From sequence record ON529853.1: a stretch of 64,000 nt of DNA; one strand, 5' to 3'. This document shows, piece by piece, positions 38,237 through 47,219 of the stretch. Below the pieces are notes generated by a model. It was not told the origin of the DNA. It saw only the letters and a program-made list of their open reading frames with translations, and ran no database searches. Both the position numbers and the translations under genes were made by a program. Positions within the stretch are counted from its first letter, which is position 1. Each line of letters starts with the position of its first letter.

Positions 38237-38515
38237 ATGACCAAGACCGCCGCCACCGTTACGCCGCTCGCCCTCGTGCCGACTGAGACCCCCGCCACGC
38301 TGACCCCCGCCGAACGCGCCCGCGCTTCCGCCGCTGTCGCCAAGGCTGACGCGCTCGCCGCGCTGGAAAGCCTCCAGACCAAGATCGAGGCCTGCATCAA
38401 CGAGGCCCGCGACCTGTCCACGGTGGATACGATCTCGGAGGCCATGCGCACCGAGATCAACAAGTTCGCCGGCAACAGCGCCGGGTCGCTCGACGCCATT
38501 TCGCGCGCCCGCTGA
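38237..38515 (+). CDS. Small helical protein, first gene of the Ter operon
   Basis: GGAGGACCCC RBS. Ala-rich and helical. Confidence 0.7.
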   Translation: MTKTAATVTPLALVPTETPATLTPAERARASAAVAKADALAALESLQTKIEACINEARDLSTVDTISEAMRTEINKFAGNSAGSLDAISRAR

Positions 38516-38552
38516 TCCTCTTACACGTCCAGGCTTGAAGGAGCCCCTCTCG

Positions 38553-39680
38553 ATGACTGCATCCAAAGGCTTCGACAAGCCTGTCGCCCAACCTGTGCCC
38601 CAGGCCGTCAGAGACGCCGCCGCTGCGTCGGGCTGGCAAACCGCCGACGCCGCTGCGCCTCGCGCCATGGGCCTCCATGTGGCGCAGGGCCAACCCCCCG
38701 CGACGCGTCCCGCCGGCGTCCCCTCGGGCCGCGCCCTGACCCCGTTCACCCTGCAAGAGGTGGTGGACTACGGCAAGCCTCAGGCGACCGGCGCCGCCAC
38801 GGTGGCGTCGAAGATCACCGGCTCGGCGCGGGCCGGCGACATCGACGAGGTCGGCAAGGCCCTGACGGCGCTGCTGACCGGCGCCCAGCAGTATGACCCG
38901 TCCAAGCTGGGCAAGGGCGGCTTCATGGGCTTCTTCAAGCGCAAGAAGCGCGAACTGGAATCCCACTACAAGTCGGTCGACGCCCAGGTGAACACCCTGG
39001 CGGCCGACGTCCAGAAACATATCGGGCATTTCCAGGGCCGAATTGGCGATCTGGAAGCCCTGAAGAAAGAGAACGCCACGCGCCACGCCGAACTCGGCGC
39101 GGCGATGGAGCGCGCCAACGAGCGTATCGCCTGGATGAAGGCCAATCCGCCCGAGGTCGACGCCTCGGACCCGATGTCGGCGGCCAATCTCCAGACCTGG
39201 AACAATGTCATCGCCTACGCCGAAAAGCGTGTGGACGACCTGCGCCGCGCCCAAGTCCTCTGCGAGATGCAGGCGCCCCAGATCGACATGATGCAGCAGA
39301 ACGCCGGCATGCTGGTGATGAAGTTCGGCGAGGTCCAGACCACGACCCTGCCGCAACTCCAGATGGGCTTCTCGCTCTACATCGCCAACATGGAGGCCCA
39401 GAAGGGCGCCGAGTTCTCCAAGGCGATCGACAACATGAACAACGACCTGATCACCCGGAACTCGGCCCAGTTGGGCACGACGACGGTGGCGGTGCGCCAG
39501 CAGATGGCGCGCTCGTCGGTCGACCTGACGACCCTTCAGACGGTCAAGGACAATCTGTTCAACACCATGGACGAGTGCAAGCGCATCCAGTCCGAACTCT
39601 CCACCCGCCTGCAAAACGAGCGCCCCGCTCTGGAGCAGGCCAGTCAGGACCTCGCCGCGCGACTCGCGTCCGGCGCCTGA
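38553..39680 (+). CDS. telA: TelA-family toxic anion resistance protein
   Basis: Long coiled coils, GFMGFF...YKSVDAQV, RVDDLRRAQVLCEMQAPQI.MMQ.N, TTTLP pattern. Ter context. Confidence 0.82.
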   Translation: MTASKGFDKPVAQPVPQAVRDAAAASGWQTADAAAPRAMGLHVAQGQPPATRPAGVPSGRALTPFTLQEVVDYGKPQATGAATVASKITGSARAGDIDEVGKALTALLTGAQQYDPSKLGKGGFMGFFKRKKRELESHYKSVDAQVNTLAADVQKHIGHFQGRIGDLEALKKENATRHAELGAAMERANERIAWMKANPPEVDASDPMSAANLQTWNNVIAYAEKRVDDLRRAQVLCEMQAPQIDMMQQNAGMLVMKFGEVQTTTLPQLQMGFSLYIANMEAQKGAEFSKAIDNMNNDLITRNSAQLGTTTVAVRQQMARSSVDLTTLQTVKDNLFNTMDECKRIQSELSTRLQNERPALEQASQDLAARLASGA

Positions 39681-39723
39681 GCCTTCGCCTCCCTTTCCCT
39701 CTACAGAACAAGGATAATCCCGC

Positions 39724-40488
39724 ATGGCCGTCATCGACCTGGAAAAGAAAGTCGAGAACGTCACGATCTCGCTGGCGAAAGCCGGCATCACCAAGGTGCC
39801 GCCGCTGCGTGTCGCCGCCGTCTATGACGACTCCTATTCGATGAAGCCGCTCTACGCGAACGGCGCCGTCCAGAAGGCCGCAGACCAGGTCCTGGCGGTC
39901 GGCATGAAGTTCGACGACGATGGTCAGGTGGACAGCTTCAAATTCCACAACGAAGCCTATTATGTCGGCACCCAGGACGAAAACCAGTTCGGCACCTTCG
40001 TCAAGGAAGCCATCCTGTCGCGCAACGACCTGTGGGGCGGCACCAGCTACGGCGCTGGTCTGAAGGCCGTCATGGACTTCTTCTTCGGCGCGGGCGTCCG
40101 CTCGACCGCCTTCGTCCCCGGCGCCAAGAAGAAGGGCCTGTTCGGCTTTGGCGGCCAGACCAGGGGCACCTATGAGACCAAGACCTTCAAGAGCGAAGGC
40201 ACGGACCCGGTCATGGTCATGTTCTTCACCGACGGCGAACAGACCGACGGCATGGCCGCCGCCCAGATCATCGCAGCGGCCGAGAAGGCCAACCAGCCGA
40301 TCTACTTCAACCTGATCGGCGTGGGCAACGCGACCAACTTCGCCTACCTGAAGAAGCTGGCCGACGACTACGACAACTGCGGGTTTGTCCACCTGAAGGG
40401 CTTCGACCTGACCGACAGCCAAATCTACGACGCCCTGCTGGGCACCGAAGAGGTCGTCGCCTTCCTGCGCAAGCACGGCGCCTCCTAA
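39724..40488 (+). CDS. Ter-associated vWA-domain protein
   Basis: MIDAS-type DDSYSM, GGTSY, FFTDGE. Confidence 0.85.
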   Translation: MAVIDLEKKVENVTISLAKAGITKVPPLRVAAVYDDSYSMKPLYANGAVQKAADQVLAVGMKFDDDGQVDSFKFHNEAYYVGTQDENQFGTFVKEAILSRNDLWGGTSYGAGLKAVMDFFFGAGVRSTAFVPGAKKKGLFGFGGQTRGTYETKTFKSEGTDPVMVMFFTDGEQTDGMAAAQIIAAAEKANQPIYFNLIGVGNATNFAYLKKLADDYDNCGFVHLKGFDLTDSQIYDALLGTEEVVAFLRKHGAS

Positions 40489-40504
40489 CCGCTCTCGATT
40501 TCCT

Positions 40505-40530
40505 GGCCCGGCGGCGGAGATCGCCGGGCC
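40505..40530 (+). other. Intercistronic GC hairpin (vWA/terC)
   Basis: GGCCCGGCG...CGCCGGGCC with no U-tract. Confidence 0.55.
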
Positions 40531-40560
40531 GCATCATCCACGACACAAGGACCACATCAT

Positions 40561-41556
40561 ATGGACATCGGGCTCGGCTACGTAGCCTTGGCGGTCATCG
40601 CCCTGGGGCTGCTCGCCTTTGATCTTTACAACCACCGCAAGCCCGAAGAGGTGTCGATCAAGAGCGCTGCTCTCTGGTCGGGCTTCTACGTCCTGGCGGC
40701 CCTGGGCTTCGCCCTCTACATCAACTTCCAGTATTCGACCGAGTGGGCGCAACTGTTCCTGACCGGCTACGCGCTGGAGAAGGTCCTGGCGGTGGACAAC
40801 CTGTTCGCCTTCATGATCATCTTCTCCTACTTCGGCATCGCGTCGAAGTTCCAGCACAACATCCTCTACTGGGGCATCCTGGGCGCCATCATCTTCCGGG
40901 GCGTGTTCGTGGTGCTGGGTACGTCCTTCACGGCCCTGTTCGGCCCCTGGGCGCTGCTGATCTTCGCAGCCATCATCGGCTACACCGCCATCAAGATGCT
41001 TCAGGGCGGCGGCGAGGACGGCGACGAGGCGGTCGACTACGCCGACAAGTGGTATATCAAGGGCGTCAAGCGCTTCCTGCCGGTCACCGAGAAGACCGAC
41101 GGCGGCAAGTTCTTCCTGAAGCTGCCGACCAACGCCGGCAAGACGGCCCTGTTCGCCACCCCGATGTTCCTCTGCCTGATCGCCATCGAAGTCACCGACG
41201 TCGTCTTCGCCTTCGACAGCGTCCCGGCCGTGATCGCGGTCACCAAGGAGCCGTTCCTGGTCTATTCGGCCATGATCTTCGCCATCCTCGGCCTGCGTTC
41301 GCTCTACTTCGTGCTGGAAGCGCTGCGTCGCGTCCTGTCGCGTCTGGAGACGGCGGTCATCTTCATCCTGCTCTTCATCGCCGGCAAGCTGACGGTGCAG
41401 GCGGGCTCCACCTTGGTGCATGACTTCACAGGCGCCATGCAGCCGATCCACATCGATCCGCTGCTCAGCCTCGCCATCGTCATGACCCTGCTGGTCGGCG
41501 GCGTGATCTGGTCGCTGGTCAGCCCCGTCAAGGAAGACGAAGCCGAAGCGGCCTAA
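40561..41556 (+). CDS. terC: TerC/Alx-family integral membrane protein
   Basis: LEKVLAVDNLFAF, YWGILGAIIFR, IEVTDVVFAFDSVPAV, ILGLRSLYF. Confidence 0.95.
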   Translation: MDIGLGYVALAVIALGLLAFDLYNHRKPEEVSIKSAALWSGFYVLAALGFALYINFQYSTEWAQLFLTGYALEKVLAVDNLFAFMIIFSYFGIASKFQHNILYWGILGAIIFRGVFVVLGTSFTALFGPWALLIFAAIIGYTAIKMLQGGGEDGDEAVDYADKWYIKGVKRFLPVTEKTDGGKFFLKLPTNAGKTALFATPMFLCLIAIEVTDVVFAFDSVPAVIAVTKEPFLVYSAMIFAILGLRSLYFVLEALRRVLSRLETAVIFILLFIAGKLTVQAGSTLVHDFTGAMQPIHIDPLLSLAIVMTLLVGGVIWSLVSPVKEDEAEAA

Positions 41557-41571
41557 GTCGACCTCCCCTAT

Positions 41572-41603
41572 AGGGTCGGCGGCGCGGGCGAACCGCCGAC
41601 CCT
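41572..41603 (+). other. Intercistronic GC hairpin (terC/terD)
   Basis: AGGGTCGGCGG...CCGCCGACCCT. Confidence 0.6.
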
Positions 41604-41631
41604 TATCCTCGCCCACCATAAAGGAAATCTC

Positions 41632-42279
41632 ATGAGCGTTATCGACCTCTCCAAAGGCGGCAACATCAACCTGGCGAAAGACGCCCCCGGCGTCACCCGC
41701 TTCGTCATTGGCCTGGGCTGGAACGCCAACCCGCAGAGCCCGCCGGACCTGGACGCCTCGGTCCTGCCCTGCACCAAGGTCGGCGGCAACCCGGTCCTGC
41801 CGGACGACAAGTCGTTCGTCTTCTACGGCAACCTGAAATCCTCGGACGGGGCCATCATCCACTCGGGTGACAACCTGACCGGCGACGGCGACGGCGACGA
41901 TGAGCGCATCGCCATCGATACCGCCAAGCTGAACCCGGCGATCGACGACATCCTGATCGTGGTGACGATCCACCAGGGCAAGGAACGCGGCCAGAACTTC
42001 GGCTTGGTCCGCAACGCCTACGCCCGCATCTACGACGCCGACAAGCTGGCGGCGGCCGAAGCGGCCAATCCGAACCTGTCGGACAAGGAACTGCACGACC
42101 TCGCCCTGGCGCAGTACGACCTTGAAGAAGACGCCGGCGGCTACACCGCCCTGGTCTTCGGCGAACTCTACTCGAAGGACGGCGACTGGCGCTTCAAGGC
42201 GCGCGGCGAAGGTCGTAACGAATCGCTGGGCGAACTGATCAGCAGCTACCTGCCGGCCGGCGTGTCGGTCTCGGGCTAA
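41632..42279 (+). CDS. terD: TerD-family protein
   Basis: LSKGGNINL, GLGW...DLDAS, VFYGNL, HSGDNLTGDGDGDDE, FGELY..DG.WRFKA.GEG. Confidence 0.95.
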   Translation: MSVIDLSKGGNINLAKDAPGVTRFVIGLGWNANPQSPPDLDASVLPCTKVGGNPVLPDDKSFVFYGNLKSSDGAIIHSGDNLTGDGDGDDERIAIDTAKLNPAIDDILIVVTIHQGKERGQNFGLVRNAYARIYDADKLAAAEAANPNLSDKELHDLALAQYDLEEDAGGYTALVFGELYSKDGDWRFKARGEGRNESLGELISSYLPAGVSVSG

Positions 42280-42293
42280 GCCTGACGACGAGG

Positions 42294-42320
42294 CCGGGGG
42301 ACGTTCGCGTCCCCCGGTTT
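42294..42320 (+). terminator. Hairpin with TTCG loop and a short T-run after terD
   Basis: CCGGGGGACG-TTCG-CGTCCCCCGG-TTT. Confidence 0.7.
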
Positions 42321-42331
42321 CGACTACCCTT

Positions 42332-43711
42332 ATGAGACGACCGGACCTTGCGTCCGAAGACCTGGAGGATGTTCCCGTGCCCAAGCCCGCCCCGCCCCCG
42401 ACTGATATGGAAGCGCTGGTGCGTCGGCCCAAGAAGGCACAATCGAACGTCCCCTCCCCGATCGACATGGAGGCGCTGGTGCGCCGCCCTCAGAAACCTA
42501 ATCCTCCTCCGGCCGCGCAACCGCCCGGCGACGTCGACATGGAAGCGCTGGTGCGTCGCCCGAAGAAGGCTCCCGCAGCGGTCGAGCCGGCCGAAGACCC
42601 CAGAATTCAAGTTTACATTCAAAACCGCGTCAACGGCTGGACGCCTGTCATGGCCGCCGGCGCCGCTGGATATAGCGGAAATCAGGTCCATGCCCTGGAG
42701 AGCGATCCTGACATCCAGGCGAGGATCGCCCAGCGCCTGGCGACGCTGCCGGGGTCGGTCCCCCAGAGCACGGGCAGCGGCTTCTACGGCAAGCCTGCCC
42801 CCGCGACCGACATGGAGGCCCTGGTGCGCCGGGCCAAGCCGAAGCCGACCTCGGGGTCCTTGACCGACTACACCCTTTACGCCATGGCGCGGAAGAACGG
42901 GGCGGACGACGGTTTCAAGGGGACGTTTGAAGACTATGTCGCCCAGCACGGCTCCGTGTCGAAGCCGGGGGCGGACATGAACGCCTTGGTGGCGCGCAAG
43001 AACACGCCGGCGCCCGCCCCCAACATGGAGGCCCTGGTCCGCCGCCCGCCGCCGCCCGCCGCGCCGGTGAACGCCAACGCCCGACGCAACCAGCAGGTCA
43101 ATGCGCTGATCGAGCGCGCGCGCCAGGTGGAGCCGAGCGTCGTTGAGGGCATGCGCTTCAACACCCGGCTTCACCGCTTCCTGGACCTGCGACCGACCGC
43201 CTGGACGACCTGGGGCGAAGACGAAGCCCGCGTCGTGGTGCAGTCCGCCTCGGGTCAGGCGGAGGCGTCTCGACAGCTTTCCCTCGCCAACGCCGTCAAG
43301 TGGGCCGCCGAATGCGAGCAGGCCTACGCCAAGCCGCCGGGGTTCATGGACCGCTTCTCCCAACAGACACGGCCTGAGTTCTATCGGGTCCGGCTGGAGC
43401 AGGCCCGCGACATGCTGATCAAGGTCCAGGACGACCTCCAGCAGGTGCAGGACCTGGTGCGCGAGAACCTGGACCGGCTGCGGATCGACGTGGTCGTGCT
43501 TCAGGTCGCCACCGAACAGGTCACCGACGCCTCGGACTCCATCATCGCCACGCGGCGTCTCCAGACCCTGGTCCAGGTGCAGGCGACCGCCGCCATGATC
43601 CTCCAGGGCTGCGAGAGTCTAGCCCAGACCGCCGCCGCCCAGGCGGCCACGGTATCGTCGTTGCTGACGGTGACGATCCCCAACTGGATCATCGCGCAGC
43701 AGGATCGTTGA
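42332..43711 (+). CDS. Pro-rich protein with six (D/N)M(E/N)ALV(R/A)R repeats and a helical C-terminal domain
   Basis: Repeats visible in both protein and DNA. Last gene of the Ter cluster. Confidence 0.8.
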   Translation: MRRPDLASEDLEDVPVPKPAPPPTDMEALVRRPKKAQSNVPSPIDMEALVRRPQKPNPPPAAQPPGDVDMEALVRRPKKAPAAVEPAEDPRIQVYIQNRVNGWTPVMAAGAAGYSGNQVHALESDPDIQARIAQRLATLPGSVPQSTGSGFYGKPAPATDMEALVRRAKPKPTSGSLTDYTLYAMARKNGADDGFKGTFEDYVAQHGSVSKPGADMNALVARKNTPAPAPNMEALVRRPPPPAAPVNANARRNQQVNALIERARQVEPSVVEGMRFNTRLHRFLDLRPTAWTTWGEDEARVVVQSASGQAEASRQLSLANAVKWAAECEQAYAKPPGFMDRFSQQTRPEFYRVRLEQARDMLIKVQDDLQQVQDLVRENLDRLRIDVVVLQVATEQVTDASDSIIATRRLQTLVQVQATAAMILQGCESLAQTAAAQAATVSSLLTVTIPNWIIAQQDR

Positions 43712-43730
43712 TCCCTCTGGCGCTTAATAG

Positions 43731-43760
43731 TTGACGACTGCTGTCAGAACTGGTTAGTAG
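43731..43760 (+). promoter_or_regulatory. rtcB promoter TTGACG-N17/18-(T)TAGTAG with CTGTCAG in the spacer
   Basis: Intergenic, upstream of the GAGGAG RBS. Confidence 0.6.
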
Positions 43761-43789
43761 TGCCAAGATAACTGGCAGAGGAGTCCGCC

Positions 43790-45028
43790 ATGCAAGAGAT
43801 TAAGGGTTGGCATGGCGGCAAGATCAAGGCCTTCACCCAGCACCCCGACGGCCGCGAGGTCGCGTTCGAACATGCGGCCCAGGTGCAGGCGTTCAACGCC
43901 GCCGCGCTGCCGTTCATCCATGAGCATGTCGCCATCATGCCGGACGTGCATGCCGGGTATGGCTCCACCGTCGGTTCGGTGATCCCGACCAAGGGCGCCA
44001 TCATCCCGGCGGCGGTCGGCGTCGACATCGGCTGCGGCATGATGGCGGTGCGCACCACCCTGACCGGCGACGACCTGCCCGACAGCCTGGAAAAGCTGCG
44101 CTCGCTGATCGAGCACGCCGTTCCGCACGGCGGACCGGGCAAGCACGGTTCCTGGCTGGAGCCGGGGCGCTACGGCATCCCCAACGCGATCATGAACGCC
44201 TGGGTCAAGACGGGCATGGAAGCGCGCTTCAAGGCCCTGTGCGACAAGCACCCGATCATCGAGAAGTCCTTCCACGTCGTCCAACTGGGCTCGCTCGGCG
44301 GCGGCAACCACTTCATCGAAGTGTGCCTGGACAAGGACAACCGCGTCTGGGTCATGCTCCACTCGGGCTCTCGCGGCGTCGGCAACGTGATCGGCCGCTA
44401 CTTCACCGAGAAGGCGAAGGAGGCGCTGAACAAGCGCGGCGGTTACATCCCGCAGGACAAGGACCTGGCCTGGTTCGAAGAGGGTGAACAACTCTTCGAC
44501 GACTATGTCGAGGCGGTCGGCTGGGGGCAGGACTTCGCGCGCCTGAACCGCGAGATGATGATGGTCAACGTCCTGCGCGTCATGCGCACGGTGTTGCCGC
44601 CCTTCAAGACGGACAAGGAGGCGGTCAACTGCCACCACAACTACGTCACGAAGGAGCATCACTTCGGGGCGGACGTCTTCGTGACCCGCAAGGGCGCGGT
44701 GTCGGCCAAGGACGGCGAACTGGGCATCATTCCCGGCTCCATGGGCGCGCGGTCCTACATCGTGCGCGGCAAGGGCAACCCGGATTCGTTCTGCTCGTGT
44801 TCGCACGGGGCGGGACGGACCATGAGCCGCACCAAGGCCAAGGCCGAGTTCACGGTCGAGGACATGGTCAAGGCCACCGAAGGCGTCGAGTGCCGCAAGG
44901 ACGCCGGCGTGATTGATGAAATTCCGATGGCTTACAAGGACATCGACACCGTCATCGACATCCAGGTCGCCTCCGGGCAGATCGAGGTCGTGGCGATCCT
45001 GAAACAAGTCTTGTGCGTGAAGGGCTAA
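43790..45028 (+). CDS. rtcB: RtcB RNA 3'-phosphate ligase
   Basis: MPDVHAG.G..VG, GVDIGCG, LGSLGGGNHFIE, LHSGSRG, CHHNY, HGAGR, DEIPMAYKDI. Confidence 0.97.
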   Translation: MQEIKGWHGGKIKAFTQHPDGREVAFEHAAQVQAFNAAALPFIHEHVAIMPDVHAGYGSTVGSVIPTKGAIIPAAVGVDIGCGMMAVRTTLTGDDLPDSLEKLRSLIEHAVPHGGPGKHGSWLEPGRYGIPNAIMNAWVKTGMEARFKALCDKHPIIEKSFHVVQLGSLGGGNHFIEVCLDKDNRVWVMLHSGSRGVGNVIGRYFTEKAKEALNKRGGYIPQDKDLAWFEEGEQLFDDYVEAVGWGQDFARLNREMMMVNVLRVMRTVLPPFKTDKEAVNCHHNYVTKEHHFGADVFVTRKGAVSAKDGELGIIPGSMGARSYIVRGKGNPDSFCSCSHGAGRTMSRTKAKAEFTVEDMVKATEGVECRKDAGVIDEIPMAYKDIDTVIDIQVASGQIEVVAILKQVLCVKG

Positions 45029-45029
45029 A

Positions 45030-45792
45030 ATGAACCATCGTCTCGCTGACCGTCTGTTCGCCTCCGCCGGCATCGGCGGCTGTCTCGGCGCCGTCGTCTT
45101 CTTCGTCGCCTGCTTCGCCGGCTGGCTGACCCATGTCGTCCACTGCATCAAGTCCGAGGAATGGCTGCTCCTGATCGGCGGCGCCATCATGGCGCCGGTC
45201 GGGGTCATCCACGGCTGGGGGTTGTGGTTCGGCTGGTTCTGATGTGCCCGGATAACGAGCACGACTACGCCTATACCGGCGTGCGGTTCAAGGACGACCC
45301 CTTCAACCGCCCCGGCGGCAGCGCCCACGACCGCTACTACGCCCACGTCTTTCACTGCCGCAAGTGCCTGGACATCAAGTCCGAGCAGATCGGTCGTGAC
45401 GGCACGGACTGGGACGGGGCGAAATACGACGCCACCCCGGCGACCGGGGATGAAGTTCAGGCTCCAAAGGGACGGTACTAACTGACATGACCTCCATCAT
45501 CGACGCGATCTACCCCGAGACCCTGCCGTGGGAACTCGATCACACCGTCACCGACGAGCACAACAACTCGGCGGTGGTCGACGAGCACCGCGTCGTGATC
45601 TGCTTCATGAGCGACGACGGCCTGACGGACGACGAGCGCGACGACATCATCGACGCGCGCGGCCGCATGATCGCGGCGGCGCCCGAGATGACGATGGCCT
45701 TGCTGGCGATCGTCGCTTCCGGCGTCGCCCTGCCGGTCGCCGTGACCGAGGCGGTCGAGAAGGCGTTGGACAAGGTTCGCGGCGATGACTGA
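45030..45792 (+). CDS. Small proteins 45030..45242 (membrane), 45242..45481 (Cys/His-containing), 45487..45792
   Basis: Coupled ORFs. 45242 start re-picked at MCPDNEH. Confidence 0.6.
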
Positions 45793-46180
45793 TTGCCATC
45801 CCGCCGAGATGACCCACGAGCGCCTCGCGGCGCGGCAGGTCAAGGCCTACGACTGGGCGGTCGCCACCTACGGCGCGGACCGCGTCACCCAGCGCCGCTA
45901 TCAGGCCTTCCGCCTGCTGGAGGAGGTCATGGAGTTGTGCCAGGCCCAGGGCCTGGGGTTGGAGGACTTCGAGCGCACCGCCAAATACGTGGCGGCGCGC
46001 AAGGTCGGCGACACCCGTGAGGAGATGGGCGACGTCCAGATTTGCCTCGACATCATGGCCGAGAACCTCGGGCTGTCCCTGGACGCCTGTCACACCACCG
46101 CGCTGAACCGCATCCAGGGCCTGGACCCGGTCAAGTGCAAGCTGAAGGACGACGGCAAGATCGCCGTCGGTTTGATCTGA
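45785..46180 (+). CDS. MazG-like all-alpha NTP pyrophosphohydrolase
   Basis: RLLEEVMEL...REEMGDV acidic metal-binding motifs. Confidence 0.72.
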   Translation: MTDCHPAEMTHERLAARQVKAYDWAVATYGADRVTQRRYQAFRLLEEVMELCQAQGLGLEDFERTAKYVAARKVGDTREEMGDVQICLDIMAENLGLSLDACHTTALNRIQGLDPVKCKLKDDGKIAVGLI

Positions 46181-46386
46181 TGAACGTCGTTGACGCCCGT
46201 GAACCCGAAGACTTCTCGGCCCTGATCGGGCTGACGATCCAGGAAGCCGAAGCCCTGACCGGTGGGCTGGTGCGCGCCACCATGCGCGACGGCCGCCCGC
46301 AGATCGGCACCTGCGACTATCGCCTGGACCGCATCAACGTCTCGGTGGTTGACGGACGGATCACCGCTGCGGGGGGTCGCGGCTGA
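46180..46386 (+). CDS. Potato I/I78-like protease inhibitor (68 aa; in the ORF track only as the tail of 46042..46386)
   Basis: LIGLT..EA......VR......Q.GTCDYRLDRINVSVVDGRIT...G matches the I13/I78 T.DYR.DR..V..D.G.I pattern. Confidence 0.7.
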   Translation: MNVVDAREPEDFSALIGLTIQEAEALTGGLVRATMRDGRPQIGTCDYRLDRINVSVVDGRITAAGGRG

Positions 46387-47218
46387 TGGCGTGGTTGTGG
46401 GTGATCACCATCGCCCTGGTGGTCTGTGCGATCGTGGCGTTGTTCATGGTCGTGGGGTCCGCCATGCGCGATCCCCGCGATCCTGGCGCGGGCGGCGGCT
46501 TTGACCTGTTTGACGGGGACGCCGGGGGCGGCGACTGATGACGGACTGGATCGCCAACCTGCCGAGCGCCCTGCATCCGCGCCACAAGACCGCCTACGCC
46601 GAACCGGCGACCCCGGCGACCCGCGCCTGGCTGTCGAACCTGCGGACCCGTGTTGAAGACGCCGAGAAGGCGGTTTTCGGGTTGGCGGACCGGTATGGCT
46701 TCAAGGGCTTCCTTGCGCCGGATCGCGGCGGCTGGCCGACGACCTTCGTCTTCGACGAGGCTCCGGAACATCCCGCCTTCAAGCGGCTGCGGCGCAAAGG
46801 GCGCCCGATGGCGACGATCGCCAAGTCGGTAGAGGGTCAGGTGTTCGAGACCCTGCTGAAGGCGGGTCCGGCGCACCCTTACGTCGATGAGGAACTGCGA
46901 CAGGCGCTGATCCTGCCGACGTCGGTGCATTATAACTCGGACCGGGTGAGCGGGATGGCGTCGATCGCCGGGCTGCTGGACTGCTCGATCAACTGGACGC
47001 CGAAACGGCAGTTCATCTTTTTCGTCAACCCGTTCCACACCTATGCGCGTCTGCGCGAGCAAAACCCAGACGCGGACATCACCTTCACCGGCGAAGACCG
47101 TCCCTATCCGACACCGACCGAGTGGCGCCCGGCGCCCGGTTGGGACCTGCTGACGTCGGCCAAGGTCGACGTGATCTTCGCCCAGGCGCGGGTTGAACAA
47201 GAAGAGGAGGCCGCCTGA
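46386..47218 (+). CDS. 50-aa membrane peptide 46386..46538 and hypothetical 46538..47218
   Basis: Hand translation MAWLWVITIALVVCAIVALFMVVG... TGATG coupling. Confidence 0.6.
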
Positions 47219-47219
47219 C

